Source: a virus
Taxonomy: Duplodnaviria; Caudoviricetes
IMG/VR virus record: IMGVR_UViG_3300033076_001439
Location: 1-61,801 of that record
DNA length: 61,801 nt
Direction: 5' to 3' (one strand)
This document shows, piece after piece, positions 28,572 to 36,844 of the stretch; positions within the stretch are counted from its first letter, which is position 1, and each line of letters opens with the position of its first letter. A program made the translations under genes and the position numbers. The notes beneath the pieces are model-generated. The model ran no database searches, had not been told where the DNA came from, and saw only the letters and a program-made list of their open reading frames with translations.

Positions 28572-28606
28572 ATTGAATTTTTCTATCGGTCCTCGCGGAC
28601 CGATAG
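28572..28606. promoter_or_regulatory. LysR/OxyR-like operator, copy 1
   Basis: ATTG-N7-CTATCG-N12-CGATAG, containing the perfect palindrome CTATCGGTCC-TCGC-GGACCGATAG. Confidence 0.5.
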
Positions 28607-28779
28607 CCGGGGCAATAGCCCCGGACCGGGCCCCGCGGCGCATAAATCACGCACCGCGGCCCGCGAATCACGCGCAAAACGCCACGTTTCAGGGAGAAAG
28701 CGCGGGGGACCGGGGGCCTGGTTTCCCCTTATAAACCTAACCCGGGCACGTTATGCAAAAAATGCATGGTTTCCCCTCT

Positions 28780-28814
28780 ATAGGGCCAGGCTATCGCCGG
28801 GCCCTAATCGATAG
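28780..28814. promoter_or_regulatory. LysR/OxyR-like operator, copy 2
   Basis: ATAG-N7-CTATCG-N12-CGATAG. Confidence 0.5.
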
Positions 28815-28815
28815 G

Positions 28816-29775
28816 TTAATTGGATAGCAGTTCCAGGGCCTTATTTTTCAGCACCGCACCAGTGCCGAACCATGCCGACTCCATACGGGTGTTATTCGAG
28901 CGGCCCCGCTCATGATCTACCATCTCGGTCACCGCATTAAGCATGGCCCAGCGGGTGCCCAGCACGCCGGGGATATCTGCGCCGATTTGCTGGCCGCTGA
29001 ATAATTCCATGATCCGGCGATAGCCCTTAGTCTGAATCAGTGGCTTATCACTGGTGCGCAACGGCTCCAATAGCGTGGTGACAAATGCGTCAGCATCTGA
29101 CGGGGTCATGGATATTTTGGACAGCTTGCGAGACTGGACCAAAAAGCGCTCCCAATTGTCGCCCACAATGCCCAGCTCAAGGCGCACAGCGTCAGGGTTG
29201 AAGCGCTCAGAGTGCAGCACTCGAACGGTGCCGCCATGCTCACGGCCCAGCGCTGCGGTTATGGTGTTATTGCAAACCACGCGAATCGATGTAAATTTTG
29301 CCACGGTGGCCATGGTGCCATCGTATGACGTGCCGAGCAAAACATAAGGCCGCACGGTGTCGCCCTCTACGATATCGGCCCCCTGATTCACTTTGGCCAG
29401 TGCCCAAACCCGGCGGCCATGGCTCAAAACCCCGGCGGTTTCCATTTGAAACCCGCCCAGCTCTACCAATTTCCCAAAAAAGCCCATAACGTCAGCGGGC
29501 TGAACCACGCGGTAACCGTCAGACACTACAGCCAGTGCCCCGCCGGTGTCGCTGCGGTGCAAAACCTTTCGGCCCTTGAATTCCTCCGGCATTGTGGCCG
29601 CGTCAGTCTGAAACAAAACGGGGCTCTCTTGCACGGTGTAATCTAATCCGGCCTCACGTGTCCATGTCTCAATTGATGCATCAGGGCTCAAAGCTTGGCC
29701 CAGTCCATGCCATGGGGTTTGACCAGCGTAAGCGATTGCAGCGGTGCCGGTGGTGGTGTCGATCATGTGTGCCAT
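28816..29775 (-). CDS. DUF932 family phage/plasmid protein
   Basis: TPWHGLG, VVSDGYRVVQP, TSYDGT, IRVVCNNT, WAMLNAVTEMVDH. Confidence 0.88.
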   Translation of the reverse strand: MAHMIDTTTGTAAIAYAGQTPWHGLGQALSPDASIETWTREAGLDYTVQESPVLFQTDAATMPEEFKGRKVLHRSDTGGALAVVSDGYRVVQPADVMGFFGKLVELGGFQMETAGVLSHGRRVWALAKVNQGADIVEGDTVRPYVLLGTSYDGTMATVAKFTSIRVVCNNTITAALGREHGGTVRVLHSERFNPDAVRLELGIVGDNWERFLVQSRKLSKISMTPSDADAFVTTLLEPLRTSDKPLIQTKGYRRIMELFSGQQIGADIPGVLGTRWAMLNAVTEMVDHERGRSNNTRMESAWFGTGAVLKNKALELLSN

Positions 29776-29826
29776 TTCTCTATCCTTTCAGTGTTGCCGG
29801 TTGATTCCGGTGAATAAATTATATAC
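29776..29826 (-). promoter_or_regulatory. Promoter plus hairpin leader (cassette 3)
   Basis: TATAAT, CCGG/CCGG hairpin, CAACACTGAAAGGATAG. Confidence 0.7.
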
Positions 29827-29909
29827 CCAAATTAAACAGCGGTGCTAATCCCCACTAAACAGGTCAACTATTAGCCACAGCAGTAAAAAGATACCCAAAG
29901 CAAAAAACA

Positions 29910-30608
29910 TTAGATTGTCTCCCTGCCAATATCCCCCGCTACATGATGGCGCAACAAGGAACTAGGGGGAAGCGAACGGGCGAACCGGGCGATTGTTTCG
30001 GCGTCATTTGCCGCACCGCTCTTGCGGGTACCGTGCCAGGCGATAGCCGTGGGACCGCTGGCCGCATAGCACCCGCCGCCCTGATCCGAACCTACTTTCT
30101 TGGCCCCGCTGCCATGGGCCACAAAGACGACAACAAAATCACGCTCCCCACGGGCGCACAATGGTTTGCCCCCGCCACATTGTGCACAGGTGAAAGTGTC
30201 AGACAGCTCAGCCGGGCATTGTGCAAACCGGACACCGCGGTGAACCATGGGAAAGCTATCGGCTTCGGATTTTGGGGCGGCATACACAGCCGGGCGGCCA
30301 AGCTCTACAGACCGGACAGCTTCGGCCATGGTGTCGCATGACACATTAAAAACGGTCTTGCCCGGTTTTGGAGCCGGTAAGGCCTCAGCCGCAAAGTGCG
30401 AATAAGTCCAAGCCTGACCGCCACGGGGCACAGCGTCAGCCAGGGCGGCCAAATACTCAGCGTCAACCAGGGCGGTGCCGGTCTCGCTCTTGGGGTGCAG
30501 CTTGCATGATGTCGGGCACGTGCCATAAGTCTCATGGGTGCCGCTGCGATACGTGACAGCGATGGGGCCGGTCTTGCGGTTTGCGGTTACGGCGATGGTT
30601 TTCAGCAT
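29910..30608 (-). CDS. Cys-rich conserved phage protein (DUF7227-like)
   Basis: NRKTGPI..TY...CPTSC, WTYSH, CPAE...TCAQC..C, GCYA, RHHVAGD. Confidence 0.75.
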   Translation of the reverse strand: MLKTIAVTANRKTGPIAVTYRSGTHETYGTCPTSCKLHPKSETGTALVDAEYLAALADAVPRGGQAWTYSHFAAEALPAPKPGKTVFNVSCDTMAEAVRSVELGRPAVYAAPKSEADSFPMVHRGVRFAQCPAELSDTFTCAQCGGGKPLCARGERDFVVVFVAHGSGAKKVGSDQGGGCYAASGPTAIAWHGTRKSGAANDAETIARFARSLPPSSLLRHHVAGDIGRETI

Positions 30609-30660
30609 GGCCCTATCCTTTCTGTGTTGCCGGTCTAATCCGGTGCCGCTATCATAGCAT
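30609..30660 (-). promoter_or_regulatory. Extended -10 promoter plus hairpin leader (cassette 4)
   Basis: TGCTATGAT, AGCGGCACCGG...CCGGCAACACAGAAAGGATAG. Confidence 0.72.
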
Positions 30661-30680
30661 CAAAACAATAGCGGCGCAAA

Positions 30681-31103
30681 TTATTCTATCGGTGATTTCC
30701 CTGACAAGATGTCAGCAAGCTCTTGCCAGGGCATGCCCCGGCTTGGCCAGGCGGCCATGGGTTCAAGGCGCAAACCTTGTTCAGCGAGGGCAATCGCCTG
30801 ACGGCCATGGAAAAGCAATATCTGGCCAGGGCGAACAACCGTGCTCACGTAGTGCACGAGCACAAAGCAAGGGCGACCGGCTGCAGCGTGCCGCGTCAGA
30901 AAAGCGATCTGGTGCGGGCGAAGCGATACCTTCAGGCCGCGAGAAACTGCTTTCAGCTCCACCATGACGAAGCGATCCCCTGCGCCCACAAGCATGTCAG
31001 ACACGCCCAGGTTCACGCGGTTTTCAATCCTCTCGGTGTCCAAGCCCAAAGGGCGAAGCCCATCCCGCACGCGGGTGGCAAAAGCGGCCTCAGGCGTCGT
31101 CAT
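30681..31103 (-). CDS. VRR-NUC/Holliday junction resolvase-like PD-(D/E)xK nuclease
   Basis: RIENRVNLGVSD...VELK...LRPHQIAF. Confidence 0.82.
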   Translation of the reverse strand: MTTPEAAFATRVRDGLRPLGLDTERIENRVNLGVSDMLVGAGDRFVMVELKAVSRGLKVSLRPHQIAFLTRHAAAGRPCFVLVHYVSTVVRPGQILLFHGRQAIALAEQGLRLEPMAAWPSRGMPWQELADILSGKSPIE

Positions 31104-31764
31104 CGTCGGGTCCCAGGTCATTGTCCCGTTCAAAGATATCGGGCGGAGGTTCTGCCACAGGCGAAACAAAAGCGGGGTCTCGTTCACGGTCTACACTTTC
31201 AATCACCTGGCCGGTGCTGGCATCAATCAGGGCGCTCGGGGGCGGTCCGCCATACAGCGCTTTGAGCTCGTCCAATTTGCGCTGCACTTCTTCCTTGCTC
31301 ATGCTGTCGATGGTGCCGTGCCTGATTTCCTTGCGGTCAACATAGATTGTGCCCAGTGCCTGGCCCCGGCGGTACTCTGCCTGAACGGCGGCAGCATATG
31401 CCCCAGCATCCAGGGCCTTGTCCCGAATGGTCTGCAAATCCCGCATGTGGCGCTCATACGAGGTGTTGTATTTGCTGTTCAGCTCTGCCCGGTATGCCTG
31501 GATAGCCGAAACCACGTGCGGGTTGATCTCGGGGTTTGTCAGTTTCCAGGCCATCACCGAAGCGCTGGTGGGTTTGTACCCGGCGCGAATCGCTGCTTCC
31601 TTCATCGTGACACGGCCATCCCCGCTGACCAGCTCGGTCACGAACTTCCATTCTTTGGCATTCAGCACCTTCTGCCTGCGCAAGGGAGCAACCTGGCCAG
31701 ACATGCGTTTTTGCGCCTTATCCCCGATCACCGGGGGCACATTCCAGACATCCCGCTTGGTCAT
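31090..31764 (-). CDS. terS: Terminase small subunit
   Basis: KFVTEL...EAAIRAGY...A..L..P.V HTH pattern followed by an oligomerization helix (AAVQAE..RG..LG.YVD). Confidence 0.75.
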   Translation of the reverse strand: MTKRDVWNVPPVIGDKAQKRMSGQVAPLRRQKVLNAKEWKFVTELVSGDGRVTMKEAAIRAGYKPTSASVMAWKLTNPEINPHVVSAIQAYRAELNSKYNTSYERHMRDLQTIRDKALDAGAYAAAVQAEYRRGQALGTIYVDRKEIRHGTIDSMSKEEVQRKLDELKALYGGPPPSALIDASTGQVIESVDRERDPAFVSPVAEPPPDIFERDNDLGPDDDDA

Positions 31765-31976
31765 GCCATCCTCCACAGTCTCCAGCCGTTCTCAACCCGG
31801 CGCAACTGGAACCGGCGCTCAGGGGCATGCGCCCGAACAAAGCGCAACGCTGCCACCCGGGCGCTGTTGGCCTGTTTGAACTTCGTGAACAGGATGGAGT
31901 CCCCCAACAGCATGTCGCTGAACGGGTACTTTGTCCGGCCCATGGGCATCTCTACCCCGGAATCAATCTGAAACAT
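31761..31976 (-). CDS. Small DNA-binding-like protein (DUF7303-like), paralog A
   Basis: KYPFSDMLLGDS...WRLWR. Confidence 0.7.
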   Translation of the reverse strand: MFQIDSGVEMPMGRTKYPFSDMLLGDSILFTKFKQANSARVAALRFVRAHAPERRFQLRRVENGWRLWRMA

Positions 31977-32025
31977 CTGTGCACTCCTGTACGCTACTGC
32001 ACGGAGTGTACCAGGCAAGTCCGCC

Positions 32026-32241
32026 TTAGGCAACCCGGATGATGCGCCAGCCCTCCCCGGGCACCCGGAGCTTCTCGTACTTGCGCCCAGGGTTGACCTT
32101 GGCATGATGCCGGGCAGAGTTGTATGCGCTCTTGGCCACTTCCTGGATCGTGACCAGGAAATAGTCGCCCACGGCCATGGTGGCAAACGGGTATCGAAAC
32201 CTTACGCCGGTGGCCGGGAACAGGATGTGATCTGGAACCAT
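32026..32241 (-). CDS. Small DNA-binding-like protein (DUF7303-like), paralog B
   Basis: RYPFATMAVGDY...WRIIRVA. Confidence 0.65.
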   Translation of the reverse strand: MVPDHILFPATGVRFRYPFATMAVGDYFLVTIQEVAKSAYNSARHHAKVNPGRKYEKLRVPGEGWRIIRVA

Positions 32242-32545
32242 GTGTCCTCCTATAGGGGTCTACGTACTATTTCAAGAAAAAAAAAATTCAAAAAGCATCT
32301 CGCGGAGCTCCCCTGAATATTTCACCTATTTCACCCCTCTACACCTACTTTTTTTGGTGTAAGGTACCTTCTCTCCTCTGATCATAACGTCTATTACGTC
32401 AAAAAGTCTGTTTTACCAGTCACTTCAATTTTCAACTCATTTTTTTCTGCCAGAACTATATATAGCCTTACTCTCAACTTACAAAAACCCCGATCCGCGG
32501 TCCTCTCCAAGGGTTTACCCCTACGTTTTAAACCACTTTACGCAC
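32242..32545. other. AT-rich divergent intergenic region (candidate origin/control region)
   Basis: A/T tracts, short repeats, transcription direction switches here. Confidence 0.45.
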
Positions 32546-32613
32546 TTGCGCTGTACTACAAGCACCGCTTATAATCCACCTACACTCCCTGCAACTCAAG
32601 AAAGGATAGAGCA
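32546..32613 (+). promoter_or_regulatory. Rightward early promoter and leader (cassette 5)
   Basis: TTGCGC-18nt-TATAAT; CAACTCAAGAAAGGATAG. Confidence 0.7.
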
Positions 32614-32850
32614 ATGAGCGTAAATGACATCGACCTGCAAGCCCTGTTGGCTGACAGCATGGAGGGCGCTGGCAAGCTCCTGACCCGTCTGTCTGCGGAC
32701 ACGGACACCCCCATCGAAGCCATGATCACCCTGATGGCTGCGGTAGCCGTCATGGCCAAGGCCATCGACCTGCCCAAGGAAGCCTACCTGGAGGGCCTGG
32801 AAGCCGCCTATATGTCCATGACCGAGGTGAGCCCCCATGCAACCCACTAA
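32614..32850 (+). CDS. Hypothetical protein
   Basis: First ORF after the promoter. Confidence 0.75.
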   Translation: MSVNDIDLQALLADSMEGAGKLLTRLSADTDTPIEAMITLMAAVAVMAKAIDLPKEAYLEGLEAAYMSMTEVSPHATH

Positions 32851-33049
32851 AGCCCCTTCTGGCCCCATTCAACGCGTTCTGACGCCCTACGACACCGGCA
32901 AGGTCAAGATTGGCCTTCTGTACGACGCTCGTCAGCCCTGGTCCCCGAGCCGCGATTCATACAACTTGCAGACCGCTTTGATCGGCCATCCCGCGGTCCG
33001 CGCTTCATTTACCGACCGCCTGGTCTCTTTTTTCCGGAGTTTTGCATGA
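32837..33049 (+). CDS. Hypothetical protein
   Basis: Coupled ORF, PYDTGKVKIG motif. Confidence 0.7.
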   Translation: MQPTKAPSGPIQRVLTPYDTGKVKIGLLYDARQPWSPSRDSYNLQTALIGHPAVRASFTDRLVSFFRSFA

Positions 33050-33360
33050 CAACCCCTGACCACACAAAAGACGGCCTGGTGTCGTTTGAATTTGATTGTG
33101 CTGAGCTCAATTGTGTGCTGACGTGCTGGTTTGAGCACGAGCCCGCGGAGCGCGGTTCGGCGTTCGAGCCTGCGTATCCGGCGGTTTTTACGTTGATGCA
33201 TGCGTATTTGCCTGGGTCGAGCGTGGATTTGGCTTCTGTTTTGCATGACTCCATCGTTGAGGAAATCAACGAGTGGGTGGATGGGGAGGCTGAGGACGTG
33301 GCCCGGGAAGCCCAGGACGACTTCGAGATTGACCGTTACATCGATTCAAAGGACTACTGA
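33046..33360 (+). CDS. Hypothetical acidic protein
   Basis: ATGA overlap. Confidence 0.7.
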   Translation: MTTPDHTKDGLVSFEFDCAELNCVLTCWFEHEPAERGSAFEPAYPAVFTLMHAYLPGSSVDLASVLHDSIVEEINEWVDGEAEDVAREAQDDFEIDRYIDSKDY

Positions 33361-33361
33361 C

Positions 33362-33565
33362 ATGAAAACCACGATGAAGGAGCTTTTGGACCGGCACGCG
33401 GTGGATGTGCAGGTGTTCAAGGACGGCGGCGAGATGTCCTATGACCTGGAGTCGGCGCTGTGGGAGTACCACTTTGACCAGGGCAACATCCGCAACTATG
33501 GCTGTGACGCGAGTGAATTCCTGTCACGTGATTTGTGTGAAGAGCTGGGTCTGAACAGTAACTAG
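33362..33565 (+). CDS. Hypothetical protein
   Basis: AAGGA SD, MKTTMKELL start. Confidence 0.65.
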   Translation: MKTTMKELLDRHAVDVQVFKDGGEMSYDLESALWEYHFDQGNIRNYGCDASEFLSRDLCEELGLNSN

Positions 33566-33773
33566 GAGCGACAGATGATCAAAAAGCCCCGGTCCGCGAA
33601 GCGTGCGCCTTGGAAGTATTGCAAGAAGTGCGCTGTGGAGATCAAGAGCCCGACGGGCTACTGCCACGCCTGTTACAAGGGCGAGGGATTCACGGCCAGC
33701 CCCTATGGCCTGGTCAATACGAGTTTGGAATTTCGGCTGATGCCGTCGAACAGGAGCGACAGATGATCAAAAA
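33564..33773 (+). repeat. 22-bp direct repeat AGGAGCGACAGATGATCAAAAA
   Basis: Copies at 33564-33585 and 33752-33773. Confidence 0.9.
33575..33766 (+). CDS. Small zinc-finger protein
   Basis: CKKC...CHAC. Confidence 0.7.
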   Translation: MIKKPRSAKRAPWKYCKKCAVEIKSPTGYCHACYKGEGFTASPYGLVNTSLEFRLMPSNRSDR

Positions 33774-34089
33774 AGCAATTTATGTGCTGGCGATGCTGGC
33801 ATCCGTGTCAGCACACGCGGAGTTCCGCACGGGCAACAAGCTGCTGGAGCAGATGAACGGCACGCCGATGGAGAAGATGCTGTCGCTGGGATATGTGATG
33901 GGCGTATCTGACACGCTGCAAGGTGCAACAGTCTGCCCGCCAGAAACCTTGACCGCAGGCCAAGCCTCGGACATGGTGAAGAAGTATCTGGAGGACAACC
34001 CGTCTGTGCGCCACCTTGCAGGCGACGCCATTGTCAACCGGGTGCTGTCTTCAGTTTGGCCGTGTGCCAAGAGAGGTGGTGGGGTATGA
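33763..34089 (+). CDS. Rap1a/Tai-like immunity family protein with signal peptide
   Basis: Signal peptide; TGNKLL, GYVMGVSD, CPP, VKKYLEDNP..RH, WPC. Confidence 0.8.
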   Translation: MIKKAIYVLAMLASVSAHAEFRTGNKLLEQMNGTPMEKMLSLGYVMGVSDTLQGATVCPPETLTAGQASDMVKKYLEDNPSVRHLAGDAIVNRVLSSVWPCAKRGGGV

Positions 34090-34940
34090 GCAAAAAAGAC
34101 GAGGCGCTGAAGCTGGCAGAGGATGCATTAAAGCGTGTACGAACACAAGACATGGAGCTTGTTCAGCTGTCCATGATTGCCCTTGCCGCCATCCGAGAAG
34201 CACTGGCAGAGCAGCCAGCACAAGGGTGTGAGTTCTGTTCACATGCTTTGTACGCAGGAACGAAATGCAAGAACTGTGGGCGTGAGCAGCCAGCTATTAA
34301 GCAAGACTTAACACCTGAGCAGCCAGCACAGCAGCAGCCGTATGGTTACTTCAAGGCCGAACCATTTGGATGGACAGATTGCGCTGAAACCGATGAAGGC
34401 GCAATTGCCCTGTATGAGCACCCACAGCCAGCACAGCAGGAGCCTATGACCACACAAACCGAAGCCGATCGACTGGCCAACCAGCTGGACTACCACCGCG
34501 AGTATGACCTTGGCGTAACCCACACAGGCATCGACGAACAAGCCGCCGCCGAACTGCGCCGCCAGCAAGCTGAGATCGAGCGCCTGAACGAAGCACTGGC
34601 TACGCAGCCAGCACAGCAGGAGCACTTTGACCACAAAGCTGCTGCAAACGCTGCGTTACGTGACGCCCAAAACCGCAGTTATCAGGTTGCAAAGTCAACG
34701 CAGCCAGCACAGCAGGAGCCGGTGGCGTGGTTGCATCCAGCAAACGCAAAATGCGTCACAACAGACCCAACTGCATATGCAAGGGGCCTCCCCCTCTACA
34801 CATCCCCACCACCACAGCGCAAGCCGCTGACGGATGAGGAGATTGAGACGATGGCGAATGATTTTGAAGAAGGCTATGTGTTTCTGTACCGAAGTTTTGC
34901 CCGTGCTATCGAAGCCAAGCTGTGGGAGAAGAACCAATGA
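34086..34940 (+). CDS. Modular hypothetical protein built from QPAQQEP-linked segments
   Basis: Repeated QPAQ(QEP); ends KPLTDEEI...FARAIEAKL. Confidence 0.75.
   Translation: MSKKDEALKLAEDALKRVRTQDMELVQLSMIALAAIREALAEQPAQGCEFCSHALYAGTKCKNCGREQPAIKQDLTPEQPAQQQPYGYFKAEPFGWTDCAETDEGAIALYEHPQPAQQEPMTTQTEADRLANQLDYHREYDLGVTHTGIDEQAAAELRRQQAEIERLNEALATQPAQQEHFDHKAAANAALRDAQNRSYQVAKSTQPAQQEPVAWLHPANAKCVTTDPTAYARGLPLYTSPPPQRKPLTDEEIETMANDFEEGYVFLYRSFARAIEAKLWEKNQ
34212..34720 (+). repeat. Dispersed CAGCCAGCACA(GCAGGAGC) repeats
   Basis: Copies at 34212, 34320, 34425, 34605, 34701. Confidence 0.85.
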
Positions 34941-35071
34941 AGTGGCTCGACAAACTATTCGACTGGTTCATGCCAGTCAAACAAACCGCTGACCCGCACT
35001 GCACCTACTGCAAAGGCACGGGCTATGACGCAAGCGGGTACACCTGCACCTGCGTGAAGGAAGTGAGATGA
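34937..35071 (+). CDS. 44-aa Cys-rich protein
   Basis: Read manually: MKWLDK...CTYCKGTG...CTC; ATGA overlaps at both ends. Confidence 0.6.
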   Translation: MKWLDKLFDWFMPVKQTADPHCTYCKGTGYDASGYTCTCVKEVR

Positions 35072-35274
35072 AAGTAAGGCACCGCAAGGAATTGAAAAGC
35101 GGCAAGCGCCATGTGCTTGTTGAGCTGGATGCCAACGAGACGCTGTTCGCAATTGACGCGGATGGCTATTACCGCCTTGGTGGGCAGGTTGAAGACATTG
35201 TGCAAGGGCACGTCATCACCGAGGCGGACAAAGTCTACTGGTGCAGCATCACGCAGCAATGGGAGCAAGCATGA
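35068..35274 (+). CDS. Hypothetical protein
   Basis: Coupled ORF. Confidence 0.65.
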   Translation: MKVRHRKELKSGKRHVLVELDANETLFAIDADGYYRLGGQVEDIVQGHVITEADKVYWCSITQQWEQA

Positions 35275-35447
35275 ACGACGAAGAATTTTTGGAAGCCATG
35301 GAAGCCAAAGCAATATGGGCCATGCTCAGTGGGTGCTTCACGCAAGACCACTTGGGTGAGAAAAAGTACGATGTGGGTTGCTGGTCTGTGGGCCTACGGG
35401 CAGATGAACTTTCACGGCTGATTGACTTGGCAAGGAGCAACACATGA
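35271..35447 (+). CDS. Hypothetical protein
   Basis: Coupled ORF. Confidence 0.6.
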   Translation: MNDEEFLEAMEAKAIWAMLSGCFTQDHLGEKKYDVGCWSVGLRADELSRLIDLARSNT

Positions 35448-35686
35448 ACAACTATGAACAAGTAACACAAGAAGTGCGTGATGCTTTTGACGCATTGTGC
35501 AAAGGGCGTGTTGAAGTCGCTGTGAAAGCTGAAAGAGAGGCGTGTGCGAAGGTGTGTGAAGAATTTGCACGAAAGTGGTGGAAGATTCATTGTGACAGCA
35601 ACCTGCACTACTCATCAACGCTCAAGGCGCACCAAGATTTCTGCGCTTTACAAGCCGCCATCCGAGCAAGAGGAGAAACAAAATGA
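35444..35686 (+). CDS. Hypothetical protein (AEREACAKVCE motif)
   Basis: Coupled ORF; common phage small-gene motif. Confidence 0.7.
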   Translation: MNNYEQVTQEVRDAFDALCKGRVEVAVKAEREACAKVCEEFARKWWKIHCDSNLHYSSTLKAHQDFCALQAAIRARGETK

Positions 35687-35907
35687 GCAAACTGAAATCA
35701 CTGACATTTGATGAGTACAAAGTTGCGGCCAAGGTCACGCTGAACGAGGCCATTGACGAGGAGCCCGATGCAGTCATCGTGCTGATGTTCCACCGTGGGA
35801 CTGGTCAATTCAAAATCAAGTGCTCCAAGGTTGAGAACCGACTTGAACTTGTCGGCGCATTGGAAGAAGCAAAGAACCATGTATTGGTAACGGGGTACGC
35901 ATCATGA
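35683..35907 (+). CDS. Hypothetical protein
   Basis: AGGAG SD, coupled. Confidence 0.7.
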   Translation: MSKLKSLTFDEYKVAAKVTLNEAIDEEPDAVIVLMFHRGTGQFKIKCSKVENRLELVGALEEAKNHVLVTGYAS

Positions 35908-36137
35908 AGTTAGAACATTGCAGCAGAGAATCCTGCGTCCAGATTATTGACGGGCTTACCGCCAAAATGGAAGCGTACAAAGAACTGATGGACGCACACG
36001 CCAAGGAGCTTGACCGAGCCATGGAACTTCTGAGCCGCGCTGAGAACGAGATGCGTTATGCCGGATGGACAAAGCTCGAGTCGGACAACCCTGCCCGCAA
36101 CGGTGTGTACGAAGACATCAAGGAGTTTCTGAGATGA
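35904..36137 (+). CDS. Hypothetical coiled-coil protein
   Basis: Coupled ORF. Confidence 0.65.
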   Translation: MKLEHCSRESCVQIIDGLTAKMEAYKELMDAHAKELDRAMELLSRAENEMRYAGWTKLESDNPARNGVYEDIKEFLR

Positions 36138-36304
36138 CAGCCGATGACCTGCGCGATGCCAAGCGATTTCTAATGGACTTGCACTTCATTCAGGCCAACG
36201 CCATTGTTGCCACGCAACTGCAAGACAACAAGAAAGCCATCGAGTACATGAAGCGCATTGCCCAAGTGCGCGATGCGATTGAAGCCCAACTGGAGAAGAA
36301 GTGA
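36134..36304 (+). CDS. Hypothetical protein
   Basis: AGGAG SD, coupled. Confidence 0.6.
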   Translation: MTADDLRDAKRFLMDLHFIQANAIVATQLQDNKKAIEYMKRIAQVRDAIEAQLEKK

Positions 36305-36429
36305 CTGAATGCAAACACAACTGGCATCCAAGCAACTTCGGTATCAAGTACCGCACACCCAACCACTACATGTACCAGTGCCAACGGTGCTGGAAAACGA
36401 TCAGCGCAATATTGAAGGAGAAGAAATGA
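36301..36429 (+). CDS. 42-aa zinc-ribbon-like protein
   Basis: Read manually: GTG start, CKHNW...CQRC; overlaps at both ends. Confidence 0.55.
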   Translation: MTECKHNWHPSNFGIKYRTPNHYMYQCQRCWKTISAILKEKK

Positions 36430-36665
36430 GCAGGTCAGTTTGTGGAATCTGCATGTGTCCTTATGGCGATGCCGGGGACTGTGCCTGTAAACCTAAAGGA
36501 GAAAACCCAATGACCAAAGAAGAAGCCCTGAAAATTATCAAGCTGCTGTCCGCGCTGGAGTCGTGGGCGTTCAGTACCAAGAGCCTGCTGCCCGACTACC
36601 TGCATGACGACTTGTGCGATGCGGTGAAGAAGCTGGAAGCGATTGTGCTGGAGGAGAAACCATGA
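36426..36665 (+). CDS. Hypothetical protein (possible internal start at 36510)
   Basis: AAGGAG SD before both starts. Confidence 0.6.
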   Translation: MSRSVCGICMCPYGDAGDCACKPKGENPMTKEEALKIIKLLSALESWAFSTKSLLPDYLHDDLCDAVKKLEAIVLEEKP

Positions 36666-36844
36666 GCCGCGATCCGTACGCCTCTGAAGAAGAGACCCGG
36701 GCCCTGTTGGTCCCCGATACCCGGTCCTCGGCCCAATTCCAGTTGGACGCGCTGCTGGACATGGAAGGAGCCTGGGAGCAGGGCGCAGACCCGTACACGG
36801 TGCTGTACCGCATTGCGATCAAACTGATTGAGGACCAGAAATGA
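36662..36844 (+). CDS. Hypothetical protein
   Basis: GGAG SD, coupled. Confidence 0.6.
   Translation: MSRDPYASEEETRALLVPDTRSSAQFQLDALLDMEGAWEQGADPYTVLYRIAIKLIEDQK

Noticed and set aside
27214-32613. tRNA genes or attachment sites in intergenic gaps
   Set aside because: No cloverleaf with T-loop consensus recognised, and no integrase in the genome.
34212-34720. Possible CRISPR mini-array
   Set aside because: Repeats are short, in-frame coding linkers with irregular spacing; no cas genes.
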